DNA of 64,000 nucleotides from Raja brachyura (taxonomy: Eukaryota), in the NCBI GenBank assembly GCA_963514005.1, contig OY740823.1:8122001-8186000 (forward strand), written 5' to 3'. The position numbers and the translations under genes are program-made. The notes below the pieces were generated by a model that saw only the letters and a program-made list of their open reading frames with translations, was not told where the DNA came from and searched no databases. This document shows, one piece after another, positions 13,473 through 25,870 of this stretch (its first letter is position 1; each line of letters opens with the position of its first letter).

Positions 13473-13909
13473 CAGACATGGTTGATTTAAACTAGGAATA
13501 GAAAAATATAGCGTAGAAAGAAATAAGGTTTCAACAAAGCCAGACTGTTAGTGGGATGGAAAGTAACGACAGATAGAACAGAGCACAGAGAGAACTTTGA
13601 GATAAAAAGTAGCAGACAGATAGAAACTTCAGTATAAGCCTTTGACGTCAGGAGATGTTCCGAGGCGTTCCTGGACTTTCTCGTGGGAATGTGTGCTTTA
13701 TGTTATAATTAAAAAGAGGCAAAATGGTGAGAAAAGAGGGTGTGGCTATAATGTAATGAAATGTATAAAGATAGAATACATCCCGACCCTTGGTGTGCCT
13801 CAAGGGGACAGCAAAGGAGAGGCACCCTATTCTGCAGAATATTATCTTAATAAAAGCTTCTTTGCTGACTTTGTCTCAAACAGCGTTTGTGATTTTTTTA
13901 TATCTCACA
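13455..13909 (+). repeat. ERV 3' LTR (455 bp)
   Basis: TGTGAGA...TCTCACA termini, purine-rich tract upstream, TGACGTCA, TATAAA, AATAAA; homologous to 57192-57634 and 63123-63565. Confidence 0.93.
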
Positions 13910-14052
13910 ATCACTAAGCTCAATCTATAAGATAGGATTTTAGTTAATATTTTCTGATCAGTATTTAATAGAGCTATGGCTCTATATGAGGCCGGGTCTT
14001 CCAGATCCTTATCAGTTTTAGGTATAAGTATTATTGTAGATTCGTTTAAAGC

Positions 14053-15557
14053 TTCTAATGACATTTCAAATGTCATTAGAAACTGGAATAGTCCCCGAGG
14101 ATTGGCGTACTGCGCATGTTGTTCCATTGTTTAAAAAGGGTTCTAAAAGTAAACCTAGCAATTATAGACCGGTTAGTTTGACTTCAGTGGTGGGCAAATT
14201 AATGGAAAAGATACTTAGAGATAATATATATAAGTATCTGGATAAAGAGGGTCTAATTAGGAACAGTCAACATGGATTTATGCCTGGAAGGTCATGTTTG
14301 ACTAATCTTCTTGAATTTTTTGAAGAGGTTACTAGGGAAATTGACGAGGGTAAAGCAGTGGATGTTGTCTATATGGACTTCAGTAAGGCCTTTGACAAGG
14401 TTCCTCATGGAAGGTTGGTTAAGAAGGTTCAACTGTTGGGTATAAATGCAGGAATAGCAAGATGGATTCAACAGTGGCTGAATGGGAGAAGCCAGAGGGT
14501 AATGGTGGATGGCTGTTTGTCGGGTTGGAGGCAGGTGACTAGTGGGGTGCCTCAGGGATCTGTGTTGGGTCCTTTGTTGTTTGTCATGTACATCAATGAT
14601 CTGGATGAAGGGGTGGTAAATTGGATTAGTAAGTATGCAGATGATACCAAGATAGGGGGTGTTGTGGATAATGAAGAGGATTTCCAAAGTCTACAGAGTG
14701 ATTTAGGCCAGTTGGAAAAATGGGCTGAAAGATGGCAGATGGAGTTTAATGCTGATAAATGTGAGGTGCTACACCTTGGCAGGACAAATCAAAATAGGAC
14801 GTACATGGTAAACGGTAGGGAATTGAAGAATACAGTTGAACAGAGGGATCTGGGAATAACCGTGCATAGTTCCTTGAAGGTAGAATCTCATATAGATAGG
14901 GTGGTAAAGAAAGCTTTTGGTATGCTAGCCTTTATAAATCAGAGCATTGAGTATAGAAGCTGGGATGTAATGTTAAAATTGTACAAGGCATTGGTGAGAC
15001 CAAATCTGGAGTATGGTGTACAATTTTGGTCGCCCAATTATAGGAAGGATGTCAACAAAATAGAGAGGGTACAGAGGAGATTTACTAGAATGTTGCCTGG
15101 GTTTCAACAGCTAAGTTACAGAGATAGGTTGAATAAGATAGGTCTTTATTCTCTGGAGCGCAGAAGGTTAAGGGGGGACTTGATAGAGGTCTTTAAAATG
15201 ATGAGAGGGATAGACAGAGTTAATGTGGACAAGCTTTTCCCTTTGAGAATAGGGAAGATTCAAACAAGAGGACATGACTTTAGAATTAAGGGACAGAGGT
15301 TTAGGGGTAACATGAGGGGGAACTTCTTTACTCAGAGAGTGGTAGCGGTGTGGAATGAGCTTCCAGTGGAAGTGGTGGCGGCAGGTTCGTTGGTATCATT
15401 TAAAAATAAATTGGATAGGCATATGGATGAGAAGGGTACGGAGGGTTATGGTATGAGTGCAGGCAGGTGGGACTAAGGTAAAAAAGTTGTTCGGCACGGA
15501 CTTGATGGGCCGAGATGGCCTGTTTCCGTGCTGTAATTGTTATATGGTTATATGGTT
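14053..15557 (+). mobile_element. young 5'-truncated CR1 LINE with an uninterrupted 472-aa RT ORF
   Basis: NYRPVSLTS, DFSKAFD, GVPQGSVLGP, YADD; TATATGGT tail; interrupts L1 at LPET|LNES. Confidence 0.95.
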
Positions 15558-16800
15558 TCCGGGAGTTGCTGTTGAGTATAAACGTGTTTATACAGTGTTT
15601 GTAAACGTGGAGAAATCAGATCATAAAATGTTTTATAAAATTCAGAGCTTAGGCCATCAGGGCCTGCGGCCTTTCCATTTTTTAAAAATCTAATTGACTC
15701 TTCGATATCCTTTGTCGTTATTTCAGCTCCTAATAATTCTTGCTCTTGCAAATCTAAGCCTTTAAGGTTCCATTCCTGTTGATTGTTCTGTCACTTTAGT
15801 TGAATAAAGATTTTGATAGTATTGTGAAAATCTGTCATTAATATCTTTGGGGAGTGTTAGTATTTCTCCCTTATCTGATCTAATCTTATGAATCGTGTTT
15901 TTCCCCGTCCAATTTACGAAGCTGCCGTGCTAATAGTTTTTGTGGTTTTTCACCAAATTCAAAATTGAATTGTTTTGTGTGTTGATAAAGTTTTATTACT
16001 TGGTCAGAGTATATTTTATTTAATTTATATTTCAGTGCTGCAATTTTGTTATGTTGTATAACAACCCCTCGTATAAATGCTTTAAATGTTTCCCAGAGAA
16101 GGGAAGCAGAGATTTCAGGCTGGTCATTGACCTCAAAAAACATTTAAATCTGTTTTACAAGATATTCACAACATACCTGTTCATTTAAGATTTGAGGATT
16201 AAGTCTCCATTGTGTCTGTTTCTTGTCCATTCCCTTTAGTTTAATCATAAATGTTAATGGAGCATGATCCAAAATTATAATGTTATGATATTGTGGCTTG
16301 TAAGTAAATGGAATTAGTTTAGAGTCTACTAAGAAATCGTCTATCCTTGAATAAGTTTTATGTACAGATGAGTAAAATGAGTATTCTCGTCCGGATGGGT
16401 TTTCAATTCTCCAGACATCCTTAATATTGGTATTGTTTATATATGAGTTTAAAAAATAACTTGACAGAGATTTTGATTTTCTTTGAGTTGATGATCTATC
16501 TAAATATGAATCTAGTGTACAATTTAAGTCGCCACCAATTATTAAATTATTTTGTGTGCATTCCGGAATAATATTAAGTATTCTCTTGAAAAACAGTGGA
16601 CTATCAAAATTTGATCCATATACATTAAGGAGAGTCACTTTTTTTGAGTATAATTCGCCTACTACTATGATATATCTACCATCAGTATCTTCTATAGTTG
16701 ATATATGTTTGAAAGGTATACCTTTACGGATTAAAATTGCAACCCCTCTAGATTTATGTGTGAATGAGGAATGATACGTTTGAGCAATCCATTTTGTTTT

Positions 16801-17260
16801 CAATCTATATTGTCCCCTGCGGGCTGCGGTGTAGAGTCGGGTTGCCTCTGCCGTCCTCCGCTGGTGAGTGTGTGAGCCCAGACCTTCCTGGTCAACGGGC
16901 TGCCCGACTTCAAACTGTTGGTGCCGCCGCTTACTGCCGCAGCAGTCCCATACGAGGCGGCCTCGAGAACCTGCGACAGGGTCACCTGGAAGAAAAAGAC
17001 TGCAGGTTAGTTTTTTCCTTACCTGCAGGTCCCTGCAGTAGAGGAGCAACGCTCCTCCCTGCCTGTCGCTCGCATGCGGTCGACGATATGTCGCGCATGC
17101 GTGTCTGGCGGGGACTTCATGAAGTCACTAACATGACAAGGAAAATCCTGCACATGCATGGTATAAATTATTTAGAATTGTTGGGTGCATTAATATTGGG
17201 GGGATTAAATGCTTATTGTTCAACAATGAATAATTTACATGTTCAACTCCAGATTGATAG
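16801..17260. mobile_element. DIRS1 fragments: 5' end on the minus strand and an RNase H scrap on the plus strand
   Basis: 17085-17129 GATATGTCGCGCATGCGTGTCTGGCGGGGACTTCATGAAGTCACT matches the DIRS left terminus; 17160-17260 translates GINYLELLGAL...LNAYCS...VQLQID. Confidence 0.65.
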
Positions 17261-17413
17261 AGGATGAGGCGACATCGAGGACCCGACAATGGAGGCAGAG
17301 GAAGAAAATGGGTGAAGAAAAAGGAAAGGCCACGCTATTGTCCCCAGCTCCGGGAGACTGGGAGCATAACAGCAGCCAATGGGCCCAGCTCCAGGAGACT
17401 GGGAGCACTGAAT

Positions 17414-17551
17414 CAAAGATTATAGAGGAGCAAGATGCGCCACTCAGTGGAAAAGGCGTAGTGTCACATGTGTGATTGTCGACGCCATTTTAGCAGAGTG
17501 CCTGAACCAAAGCTGGCGTCTACATCATTATAGGCTCCTCTATAATCTTTG
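17414..17551. mobile_element. MITE-like element with TIR CAAAGATTATAGAGGAGC
   Basis: 18-bp terminal inverted repeats around about 100 bp; the same TIR recurs at 17605, 18682-18704 and 21862-21884. Confidence 0.6.
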
Positions 17552-17560
17552 TCTCTTGAT

Positions 17561-18748
17561 CTCCCATTGTGTAATCAGCTCCAAAGCTACAGAGCAGTTG
17601 CAAGCAAAGATTATAGAGGAGCAAGATGCATTAGAAAGTTATTAGATTTATTTGTAATAGATCTTTACTTGCCTCTCCATCCCTCTCTATCACTCTCTCT
17701 CCCCTCTTGATCTATTTCTCTCCCCTCTCGATCTCTCTCTCCCCTCTCGATCCCCTCTCGATCTCTCTCTTATCTTGATCTCTCTCTCCCCTCTCGATCT
17801 CTTTCTCTCCCCTCTCTTCTCGATTTCCCTCTCTCCCTCCCTTCCCTCTGTGTGAGAGTTGGCAGCCCTGCTATGCCTTAGGTCCAAAAGAGGATATAAA
17901 TAAATTACATAATGGTCTTTGTAAGAAGATTTTAATAAGCTCTATCTGTCCCACCATATATTTATATGAATGTGTTTGTGTGTGCCTGTAATTTTGCGCA
18001 CAGTGTGTGTTAAAGCAATACAAGGGAAGCTGCACAATACAATGCAAGGGAAACTACGCAAAGGTGGGGGCTGGGGAGGAAAGATGCGAGGGAAATGGGG
18101 GAACAGGGGGAAAAGGGAGGGAGAGAGGGAAGGGAGGGAGGGAGAGAGGGGAGGGAGGGAGATCGAGAGGGGAGAGAGATCGAGAGAAGAGAGCGGAGAG
18201 AGAGAGATCGAGAGAAGAGAGGGGAGAGGGGGAGATCGAGAGGAGAGAGGGGGATCGAGAGAATAGAGGGGAGAGAGATCGAGAGAAGAGAGGGGAGAGA
18301 GAGGGATCGAGAGAAGAGAGGGGAGAGAGATCGAAAGAGAGGAGAGAGAAAGAGATCGAGAGGGGAGAGAGAGGGATCGAGAGAAGAGAGGGGAGAGAGG
18401 GATCGAGAGTAGAGGGGAGAGAGAGGGATCGAGAGTAGAGAGAGAAATCGAGAGGGGAGAGAGAGGGATCGCGAGAAGAGAGGGGAGAGAGAGATCAAAA
18501 GAGAGGAGAGAGAGAGATCAAGACGGATCGAGAGGGGAGAGAGAGGGATCGGGAGAAGAGAGGAGAGAGAGAGAGATCGAGAGGGGAGAGGGGAGAGAAA
18601 GATCAAGAGGGGGAGAGAGAGAGATCGAGAGAAGAGAGGGGAGAGAGAGATCGAGAGGCAAATCTAATAACTTTCTAATGCATCTTGCTCCTCTATAATC
18701 TTTGCTTGCAAATACTCTGTAGCTTTGGAGCAGATTACACAACGGGAG
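17561..18748. repeat. large inverted repeat enclosing CT-rich and GA-rich (GAGAGATCGA-type) low-complexity tracts
   Basis: 17561-17649 is the near-exact reverse complement of 18660-18748; the pyrimidine tract 17670-17850 is complementary to the purine tract 18090-18658. Confidence 0.8.
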
Positions 18749-21700
18749 TGTAAAGAATTGGCGCGTACACAGATAAATCTTTACTACAACTTTATTAACT
18801 AAACACACACATCACTGCCCTAGCTGTACGTGGTCTGTCACGGATACTAGAGAGAGAACTATGGGTGGGAAGGTCACAGTTATACTGGATGATAAGGGGA
18901 GTGGTTAGCAAGGGCTATGTCACTACTGTTAAAGGTGTACACACATATCATCTACATCCTTCCTCAATAAAAACAAAATAATAAGCAGTGACAGGCGACC
19001 ATGTCTCATGCGCTAAGGCAGCAGTAATGCAGGAACTCAAAATCACACATAATCACCATAACGATCTGGCGGCTTGACAAGGCGACCAGACCGGGTCTGA
19101 ACCTCGCCATCACATCCCCCCCCAACGGGAACGAGAGGGACCGGCGCCCGGGCAGGAGGGGAGCCCCTGACAGGAGAACCCCAGGGTGACGGAGAAAGCG
19201 GAGAGGATGGAGAGGGGGGAGAAGCTGTGAGCTGAGCTCCTTCACAAGCCTGGTCGGACTTTTAACGAGGCGCTGGTGAACTGACTGGCATTGTCCGACT
19301 GCAGGCTGGCCGGGGACCCAAAAGTAGCAAAGTGGCGGCGCAGCTTTTCGATGACAGAAGATGAAGATAAAGAGTGAAGCTGGTCAACCTCAAACCAGTT
19401 GGAGTAAGAGTCGACAAGCACCAGAAAATGCTTTCCGCGCCACTCGAAAATGTCAGTTGCCAGCGCAGACCAGGGGAGGTCGGGAGCAGGTTGCTGCAAG
19501 AGGGGCTGCCGTTGCTGTTGCGGGGCGAGGCTGCTGCAAGTAGGGCAGGAGGAAACCCGATCCTGGATATAACGAGCCATATCAGGCCAGTAGAACTGGC
19601 TCTGAACGATGGAAAGAGTGGCTTCGGCCCCGTGGGTTCAGCTTCAGGTTGACTTCCCGAGCTCGTTCCAGGACCCAGCAGAGGTTATAGTCGTGCTCAG
19701 CAACATCCTTCCCGTAGACTAGGATGTCTTCGACAATGATGGCACACGGGAGCCCAGCAAACAGTTGTTCCATTGTCCTTTGGAATACCTCACTGGCAGA
19801 GTTGATCCCGAATGGCATGCGGAGAAAGCGGAACCTGCCAAAGGTTGTGCTGAACGTTGTCAGGTATGAAGACTGTTCGTCAAGTGGTATCTGCCAGAAC
19901 GAGCTCTTGGCGTCGAGAACCGAAAACACAGTGGCTGGACCGACTTGAGCAGCAACATCTTCAACAGTCCGCATGGGGTAATGCGGGCGCTTGATGGCCA
20001 AGTTTAGATCCTTTGGGTTGATACAGATTCGTAGTTCACTCTTATCCTTCTTTGCAGCAATGACCATGGTAGAGACCCACACTCACCTCCTTCAGGATGC
20101 CCATGGTCACCATTTCGCGGAGTGTAGACTCGACTTTGTCCTTCATCGCGAAGGACACCCGGTGCGGTGGGCGGATGACGGGTTCGATATCCGGATTGAG
20201 GGCGATTTTGTAGCTGCAGGGAAGTTTTCCCAGCTTGGCGTCAAAACGGTCTGGGTATTCGGCCAACGGGTCTAGGGGTGACTGCACCAAGCGAATGTCA
20301 CGGTGGAAGTTAACCAATCCGAGGTCTTGGCAAGCCCGAATGCTTAGCAGGGGGTCACATTTGCTGTCCAGCAGAAAGAAAGAGAGGGGCCGAGAGGCCT
20401 TCAGTACCTTGCAGTGGAGAGTGACCTTCCCCACAGGAACAAGCACGCATCCCCCATAGGCATGCAGGACAGAGTGGTCAGTGGTAACAAGCTTATTATT
20501 TCTTATCTTCTTGAACAAGCTTGTTGACATAACGTTGGCAGCAGCCCCCGTGTCGACTTTGGCAGAGAAGGTGGTGCCATTCACAGTGACTCGCACGGTC
20601 GGATCCGTTATCAATGCAGGTGCATTTCTCAGCGAAAACACACTCAGCTCGCGCTGGGAAGAGCTCGAATCAGACAGGGGGAGTTCTTCTTGCTGGTGAT
20701 GGGAACCAGACACCGTATCAGCACATGTCAGGTAGTTAGAGGGCTTCTGCTGTGGCTGTGCAGGCTTCCCACGGGAACGACATGCCGCTGAGAAATGGTT
20801 TTGCTTGTGGCAGAAATTACAAGTCTTGCCCAGTGCAGGACAAACATTAAAACGATGCGAAGCAAAGTTGCAATTCGGGCAGCGTTGATGGGATCTGGAC
20901 CCGGGTGCAGGGCTTACCCTTTGTCGCTGTGGAGCAGAGTACTGGTGGCCGGCAAAACTAGCCACGTGGACCTCATGATCGGGCGGCAACACGGTGGAGG
21001 AGACAGCCTCTGTCAGGCGAGAGGCATGCAGCGCCTCTCAGATCAGGCTTGCAAAGGAGCTCGGCTCGCAGCTTCTCATCCCGGAGGCCATAGACCAGAA
21101 TGTCCCAGGTCAAAGTTTCAGGGATTAAGGCATCCAGGCTGCAGTGGCGAGCTAGGTGCCGCAGCGCGGCTACAAAATTATCGACCGATTCCCCAGGGTT
21201 TTGGCGGTGGCCGAAAAGTTTGAAACGCTCCAGAATACAGTTTGTAGGGATGTCACACAACGCAGTAAACTTTTCAAGAAGACATACCGGGTCCCGGGCA
21301 CTCTCGTTGATCCCGTAGACAAATTACTCCGATCGTTCCAGGGCTTTGGGACCGGCCAAGTTGAGCAGGAGAGAGGCTTTGACCACAGGGGTAACAGCGG
21401 GGTGAGCGATGGTAACGTAGTGCTCAAAGTCACGTCTGAAAACGTTCCAGCGGTGAGCAATGTCAGCATCAAAAATCAGGATGTCAGGTTTACGACAAGC
21501 AGAAGCCATCGCGGCACAGGGAGGGGGTACTGGGACTAAAGAAACAAAAAACGATAAACAGGAGGCGCGGGGCAAAAAACTTCTGACGCCATGTAAAGAA
21601 TTGGCGCATACACAGATGATTCTTTACTACTAATTTATTAACTAAACATACACATCACTGCCCTAACTGTACGTGGTCTGTCACGGATACTAGAGAGAGA

Positions 21701-21798
21701 GCTAAGGGTGGGAAGGTCACAGTTATACTAGATGATGGGGGAGTGGTTAGCAAGGGCTATGTCAACACTGTTAAAGGTGTACATACATATCATCTACA
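18749..21798 (-). mobile_element. Gypsy/Ty3 LTR retrotransposon (Mag-like), internally deleted
   Basis: LTRs 18749-18956 and 21592-21798 (TG...CA); 5-bp TSD GGGAG/CGGAG; PBS TGGCGTCAGAAGT (tRNA-Leu-like); PPT GAGGAAGGA; gag double Cys-His knuckle, protease VDTGA, RT (LDAKSSFWQ, MPFG), integrase ATD...SDN; RNase H absent. Confidence 0.92.
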
Positions 21799-22189
21799 CG
21801 GAGGCTGTGACGTTTCGTTACCTACTACACACCAGTCCATTGGATTTCGGAGGAGTGGCCGATCTTGCTCCTCTATAATCTTTGGCTGGGCCTGCCAGAG
21901 CGTTGAGTCAATCCGGTCCAGTGATCCCAGGGATTCCAGCGGTTCCCGGTATTCCAGCGCGCCTACCTGCTGCTGGTCGGAAAGCCACAGCTGATCAGCG
22001 CGGGTCGCTAGTCTGATCGAATCATCGAAGCTGCCCGCGGATGTCTCGCGGCAACTGCGACAGGTAAGTAAATACAAAGAGCGGGCAGGGCAGGTGGTCG
22101 CCCGTGAGCGTGAACATTTCACTCATGAGGGCCGAGGGCATCCGGTCGCCAAGCCCGCCCATGTTAAGGACCTGACAGGTGCGCTGCAT

Positions 22190-22690
22190 TCACCTCGGCC
22201 CGTAGGTCCGGAGCAGCAGCTGCTTGAGGCCGGTGTACTTACCCGCCGCCGGTGGGTTATCAAGGTAACGAATGAGCAGACCGTCCGTCTGTTGGTCAAG
22301 GGTGCTCACCACATAGTGACAGCGAGTCTCGTCAGCTGTAACGCCGCTGATGTGAAATTGGGATTCGACCTGTTGAAACCAAACCCTCGGCTGCAAGGTC
22401 CAAAATGTAGGCAGCTTCAGGGAGACCGCGTTGAGTTCGGCCTCGTCGGCCTTGTAGGCAGCAGCGGCAGAATGCATTTTTTTTAAAAATTTCCCTTCCA
22501 GGATTACACTGGGCGTCTGGGGTCACCAATGTGGCGGAGACTGGCAGGAGTCCAGCCAAAAACTATCGGACACAAGTGTGTGCTGTAGACGTGTTAAATC
22601 TTCTGCATACAGCTCCCTCCCTACTCCTCAGCTGACACGGGCGTAGCCCGGCCTTAAATAACAACTCAGATAACGACCCCATGACTCGCG
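22190..22690 (-). mobile_element. Gypsy (CsRn1-like) 5' fragment: LTR end, PBS and gag N-terminus
   Basis: AVSLKLPTFW...WFQQVESQF...HYVVSTLD gag motif; PBS TGGTGACCCC (tRNA-Trp-like) at 22519-22528; LTR boundary at 22530; far LTR end not resolved. Confidence 0.7.
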
Positions 22691-23382
22691 CCTCCCCCAC
22701 CAAGACACCGCCCTCTAGACCCGATGGTTCGTCGTTCCCCCACACCCGCACAAATAATCTCAGTCCCGCATGCAAACGCACACATTTTAGGATTCAGAAG
22801 GATCCCGGGATGACACCGCTGACGGCGATGGCAGCCGCGCCTCGGGAGGAGGAAGCCGCGAGCAACCACACAGAAAGCGGTGGACCATCGGAGAGGGAGG
22901 GAGACCGCCTAGAACCAATGGGTGGGTGGGGTGGGGGGGAGGGTGCGGCGGCAGGCAGGAGAGAGAACTATTTGGCCAATGTCTAACTTTGGCGGCGTCA
23001 AAATGTGGCGTCACTAGGTGAGGGCTGCTACATGATTTTACTGAGTTGTCTGCAAAACTCAAAATGTCACTGTCTCCAGGTACGTGTGACAATATAGTAT
23101 CTTTGAATCATTGAAATTCTTGCAAACGCATACACTTACACACACACCAACTCATTTGCACAATTTTGCATATTCACACTCGCATACACGTGCTAACGCA
23201 CCCAAGCAGGGCCTCACACAATCACACTGTCACACACAAACAACCAATGCGAGTCAGGCTGCATCTCTGGAGAAGTTTAGTTTAGTGTATTAGTTTAATT
23301 ATTTTTTTGTCATGTGTACGGAGGTACAGTGAAAAGCTTTGGTTACGTGCTAACCAGTCAGCGGCAAGACAATATATGATTA

Positions 23383-24665
23383 CATAGAAACATAGAAACA
23401 TAGAAATTAGGTGCAGGAGTAGGCCATTCGGCCCTTCGAGCCTGCCTTCTCTCCATACCCTCTGATCCCCTTAGCCACAAGGGCCACATCTAACTCCCTC
23501 TTAAATATAGCCAATGAACTGGCCTCAACTACCCTCTGTGGCAGAGAGTTCCAGAGACCCAACACTCTCTGTGTGAAAAAATTCCTTCTCATCTTGGTCC
23601 TAAAGGATTTCCCCCTTATCCTTAAGCTGTGACCCCTTGTCCTGGACCTCTCCAACATCGGGAACAATCTTCCTGCATCTAGCCTGTCCAACCCCTTAAG
23701 AATTTTGTAAGTTTCTATAAGATCCCCTCTCAATCTCCTAAATTCTAGAGAGTATAAACCGAGTCTATGCAGTCGTTGTTCATAAGACAGTCCTGACATC
23801 CCAGGAATCAGTCTGGTGAACCTTCTCTGCACTCCCTCTATGGCAATAATGTCCTTCCTCAGATTTGGAGACCAGAACTGTACGCAATACTCCAGGTGTG
23901 GCCTCACCAAGACCCTATACAACTGAAGTAGAACCTCCCTGCTCCTATACTCAAATCCTTTTGCTATGAAAGCTAACATACCATTCGCTTTCTTCACTGC
24001 CTGCTGTACCTGCATGCCTACTTTCAATGACTGGTGTACCATGACACCCAGGTCGCGCTGCATCTCCCCTTTTCCTAATCGGCCTCCATTTAGATAATAG
24101 TCTGTTTTCCTATTTTTGCCACCAAAGTGGATAACCTCACATTTATCCACATTATACTGCATCTGCCAAACATTTGCCCACTCACCCAGCCTATCCAAGT
24201 CACCTTGCAGTCTCCTAGCATCCTCCTCACAGCTAACACTGCCGCCCAGCTTAGTGTCATCCGCAAACTTGGAGATATTGCCTTCAATTCCCTCATCCAG
24301 ATCATTTATGTATATTGTAAATAGCTGGGGTCCCAGCACTGAGCCTTGCGGTACCCCACTAGTCACTGCCTGCCATTGTGAAAACGACCCGTTTACTCCT
24401 ACTCTTTGCTTCCTGTTTGCCAGCCAGTTCTCTATCCACATCAATACTGAACCCCCAATGCCGTATGCTTTAAGTTTATATACTAATCTCTTATGTGGGA
24501 CCTTGTCGAAAACCTTCTGGAAGTCCAGATACACCACATCCACTGGTTCTCCCCTATCCACGCTACTAGTTACATCCTCGAAAAATTCCACAAGATTCGT
24601 CAGACATGATTTACCTTTCGTAAATCCATGCTGACTTTGTCCAATGATTTCACCACTTTCCAAAT
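23383..24665 (-). mobile_element. young 5'-truncated CR1 LINE, (TTTCTATG)n-tail family
   Basis: Open RT ORF (QHGFTKGKSCLTNL, GVPQGSVLGP, FADD) and 8-bp repeat tail at 23383-23407. Confidence 0.92.
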
Positions 24666-24679
24666 GTGGCGGGCATTTA

Positions 24680-25180
24680 CAATCGAGCATTTACAGTGTA
24701 TGGATACACGATAAGGGGATAGCGTTTAGTGCAACGTAAAGTCAGCAAAGTCCAATCGAGGATAGTCCAAGTGTCACCAAATAGGTAGATAGTAGTTCAG
24801 CACTGTTCTCTGGTTGTGGTAGTATGATTCAGTTGCCTGATAACAGCTGGGAAGAAACTGTCCATGAATCTGGATGCGTGTATTTTAACACTTAAAAAAC
24901 CTCTGCCTGATGGGAGAGAGGAGAAGCAGGAGTGGCCAGGGTGCAACGTCCTTGATTTTGCTGCTGGCCTTGCCGAGGCAGCGTGATTTATAAATTGAGT
25001 CAATAGAAGGGAGGTTGGTCTGTATGATGGTCTGGACATTTCACAGCAATTTCTCACATTCTTGTCTGGAGATGTTCCCAAACCAAGCTGTGTTGCACCC
25101 TGATAAAATGCCTCATATGGTGCATCTGTAGAAGTTGCTGAGTGTTGAAGGGGACATGCTGAACTTCCTAAGTCTTCTGG
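24680..25180 (-). mobile_element. degenerate Rex1/Babar-like LINE 3' fragment
   Basis: HPGHSCFSSLPSGR...RFMDSFFPAVIRQLN C-terminal motif. Confidence 0.6.
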
Positions 25181-25184
25181 GAAC

Positions 25185-25870
25185 ATCGAGACCCTTCTTC
25201 AAACTGATTTGGCTCGAGTCCCTTCTTCAAAATGATTGTGGTGGAAAGGGGGCGAAGGCTGAAACAGAGCGAGGCAGGACAATCCGAGGAGCGGGTGAGT
25301 GAGTGAGTGAGTGAGTGAGTGATATGGATGATGAGCGGATGCGGGTGAATAGCGTTTTCATACTCAGGTGGTTGAGACTAAAGTTTAAAAGATGAAAGGT
25401 GTGAGATGAGGATTGAAGAGGATGGAATTAGAAAGAGAGAGGAAGGAATATCGGTGGAGGTGGAGGCAGAGGGGATACACAGGTGGGAGTCCGGGTGAGG
25501 CGCGAGAAAGAGCGAGGGGAAGCGGGAATGGTAACGTTAGTTACCTAACATTGGCTAATTTAATGTATATGACATGTCGTAATGTACCAAATCGGAATAT
25601 GAAGTGGCGTCCTTTCAGTTTGCATGTTGCCTCACTCTGGAAATGGAGGAGGCCCAGGACAGAAAGGTCAGTGTGGGAAGTGGAGTTACAATAGTTAGTA
25701 ACGGGGAGACCCAGCAGGTCTCGGTGGAACGAGGAACGATACAATCGCCGAGTCTACGCTTGACCACGCCGATGAAAATGAGGCCATATTTGGAACACCG
25801 CATGCAGTAGATGGGATCAGAGGAGTTGCAGGTGAACCACAGTCTCACCTGGAAGGGCTCCTGGTGAGTG
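25185..25870 (-). mobile_element. Penelope-like element 3' fragment (GIY-YIG endonuclease and terminal repeat)
   Basis: FTCNSSDPIYCMRCSKYGLIFIG..KRRLGD; LKGRHFIFRFGTL; degenerate hammerhead motifs at 25187-25232. Confidence 0.75.

Larger units (their letters stand above)
9542..13909 (+). mobile_element. endogenous retrovirus with gamma-type env, copy 1; internally deleted, 5' LTR reduced to about 52 bp
   Basis: TG...CA termini flanked by 5-bp TSD ATCAC (9537-9541, 13910-13914); gag remnant about 10400-10980, RNase H scrap about 10990-11230, degraded env, full 3' LTR; the host L1 frame LSLVI|NKLIHPDQ rejoins across it. Confidence 0.93.
6451..16800 (-). mobile_element. L1-clade LINE (5'-truncated ORF2), fragmented by two CR1 and one ERV insertion
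   Basis: APE domain (KSRGVAILI, NVYG, GGDLNC, YSRID), [35 protein letters not shown]-terminal CDKC..H..C; AATAAA and poly(A) on the minus strand at 6452-6475; many stops and deletions. Confidence 0.9.

Noticed and set aside
17690-18808. Arg/Glu-rich and Ser/Leu/Pro-rich ORFs
   Set aside because: Translations of GA/CT low-complexity tracts.
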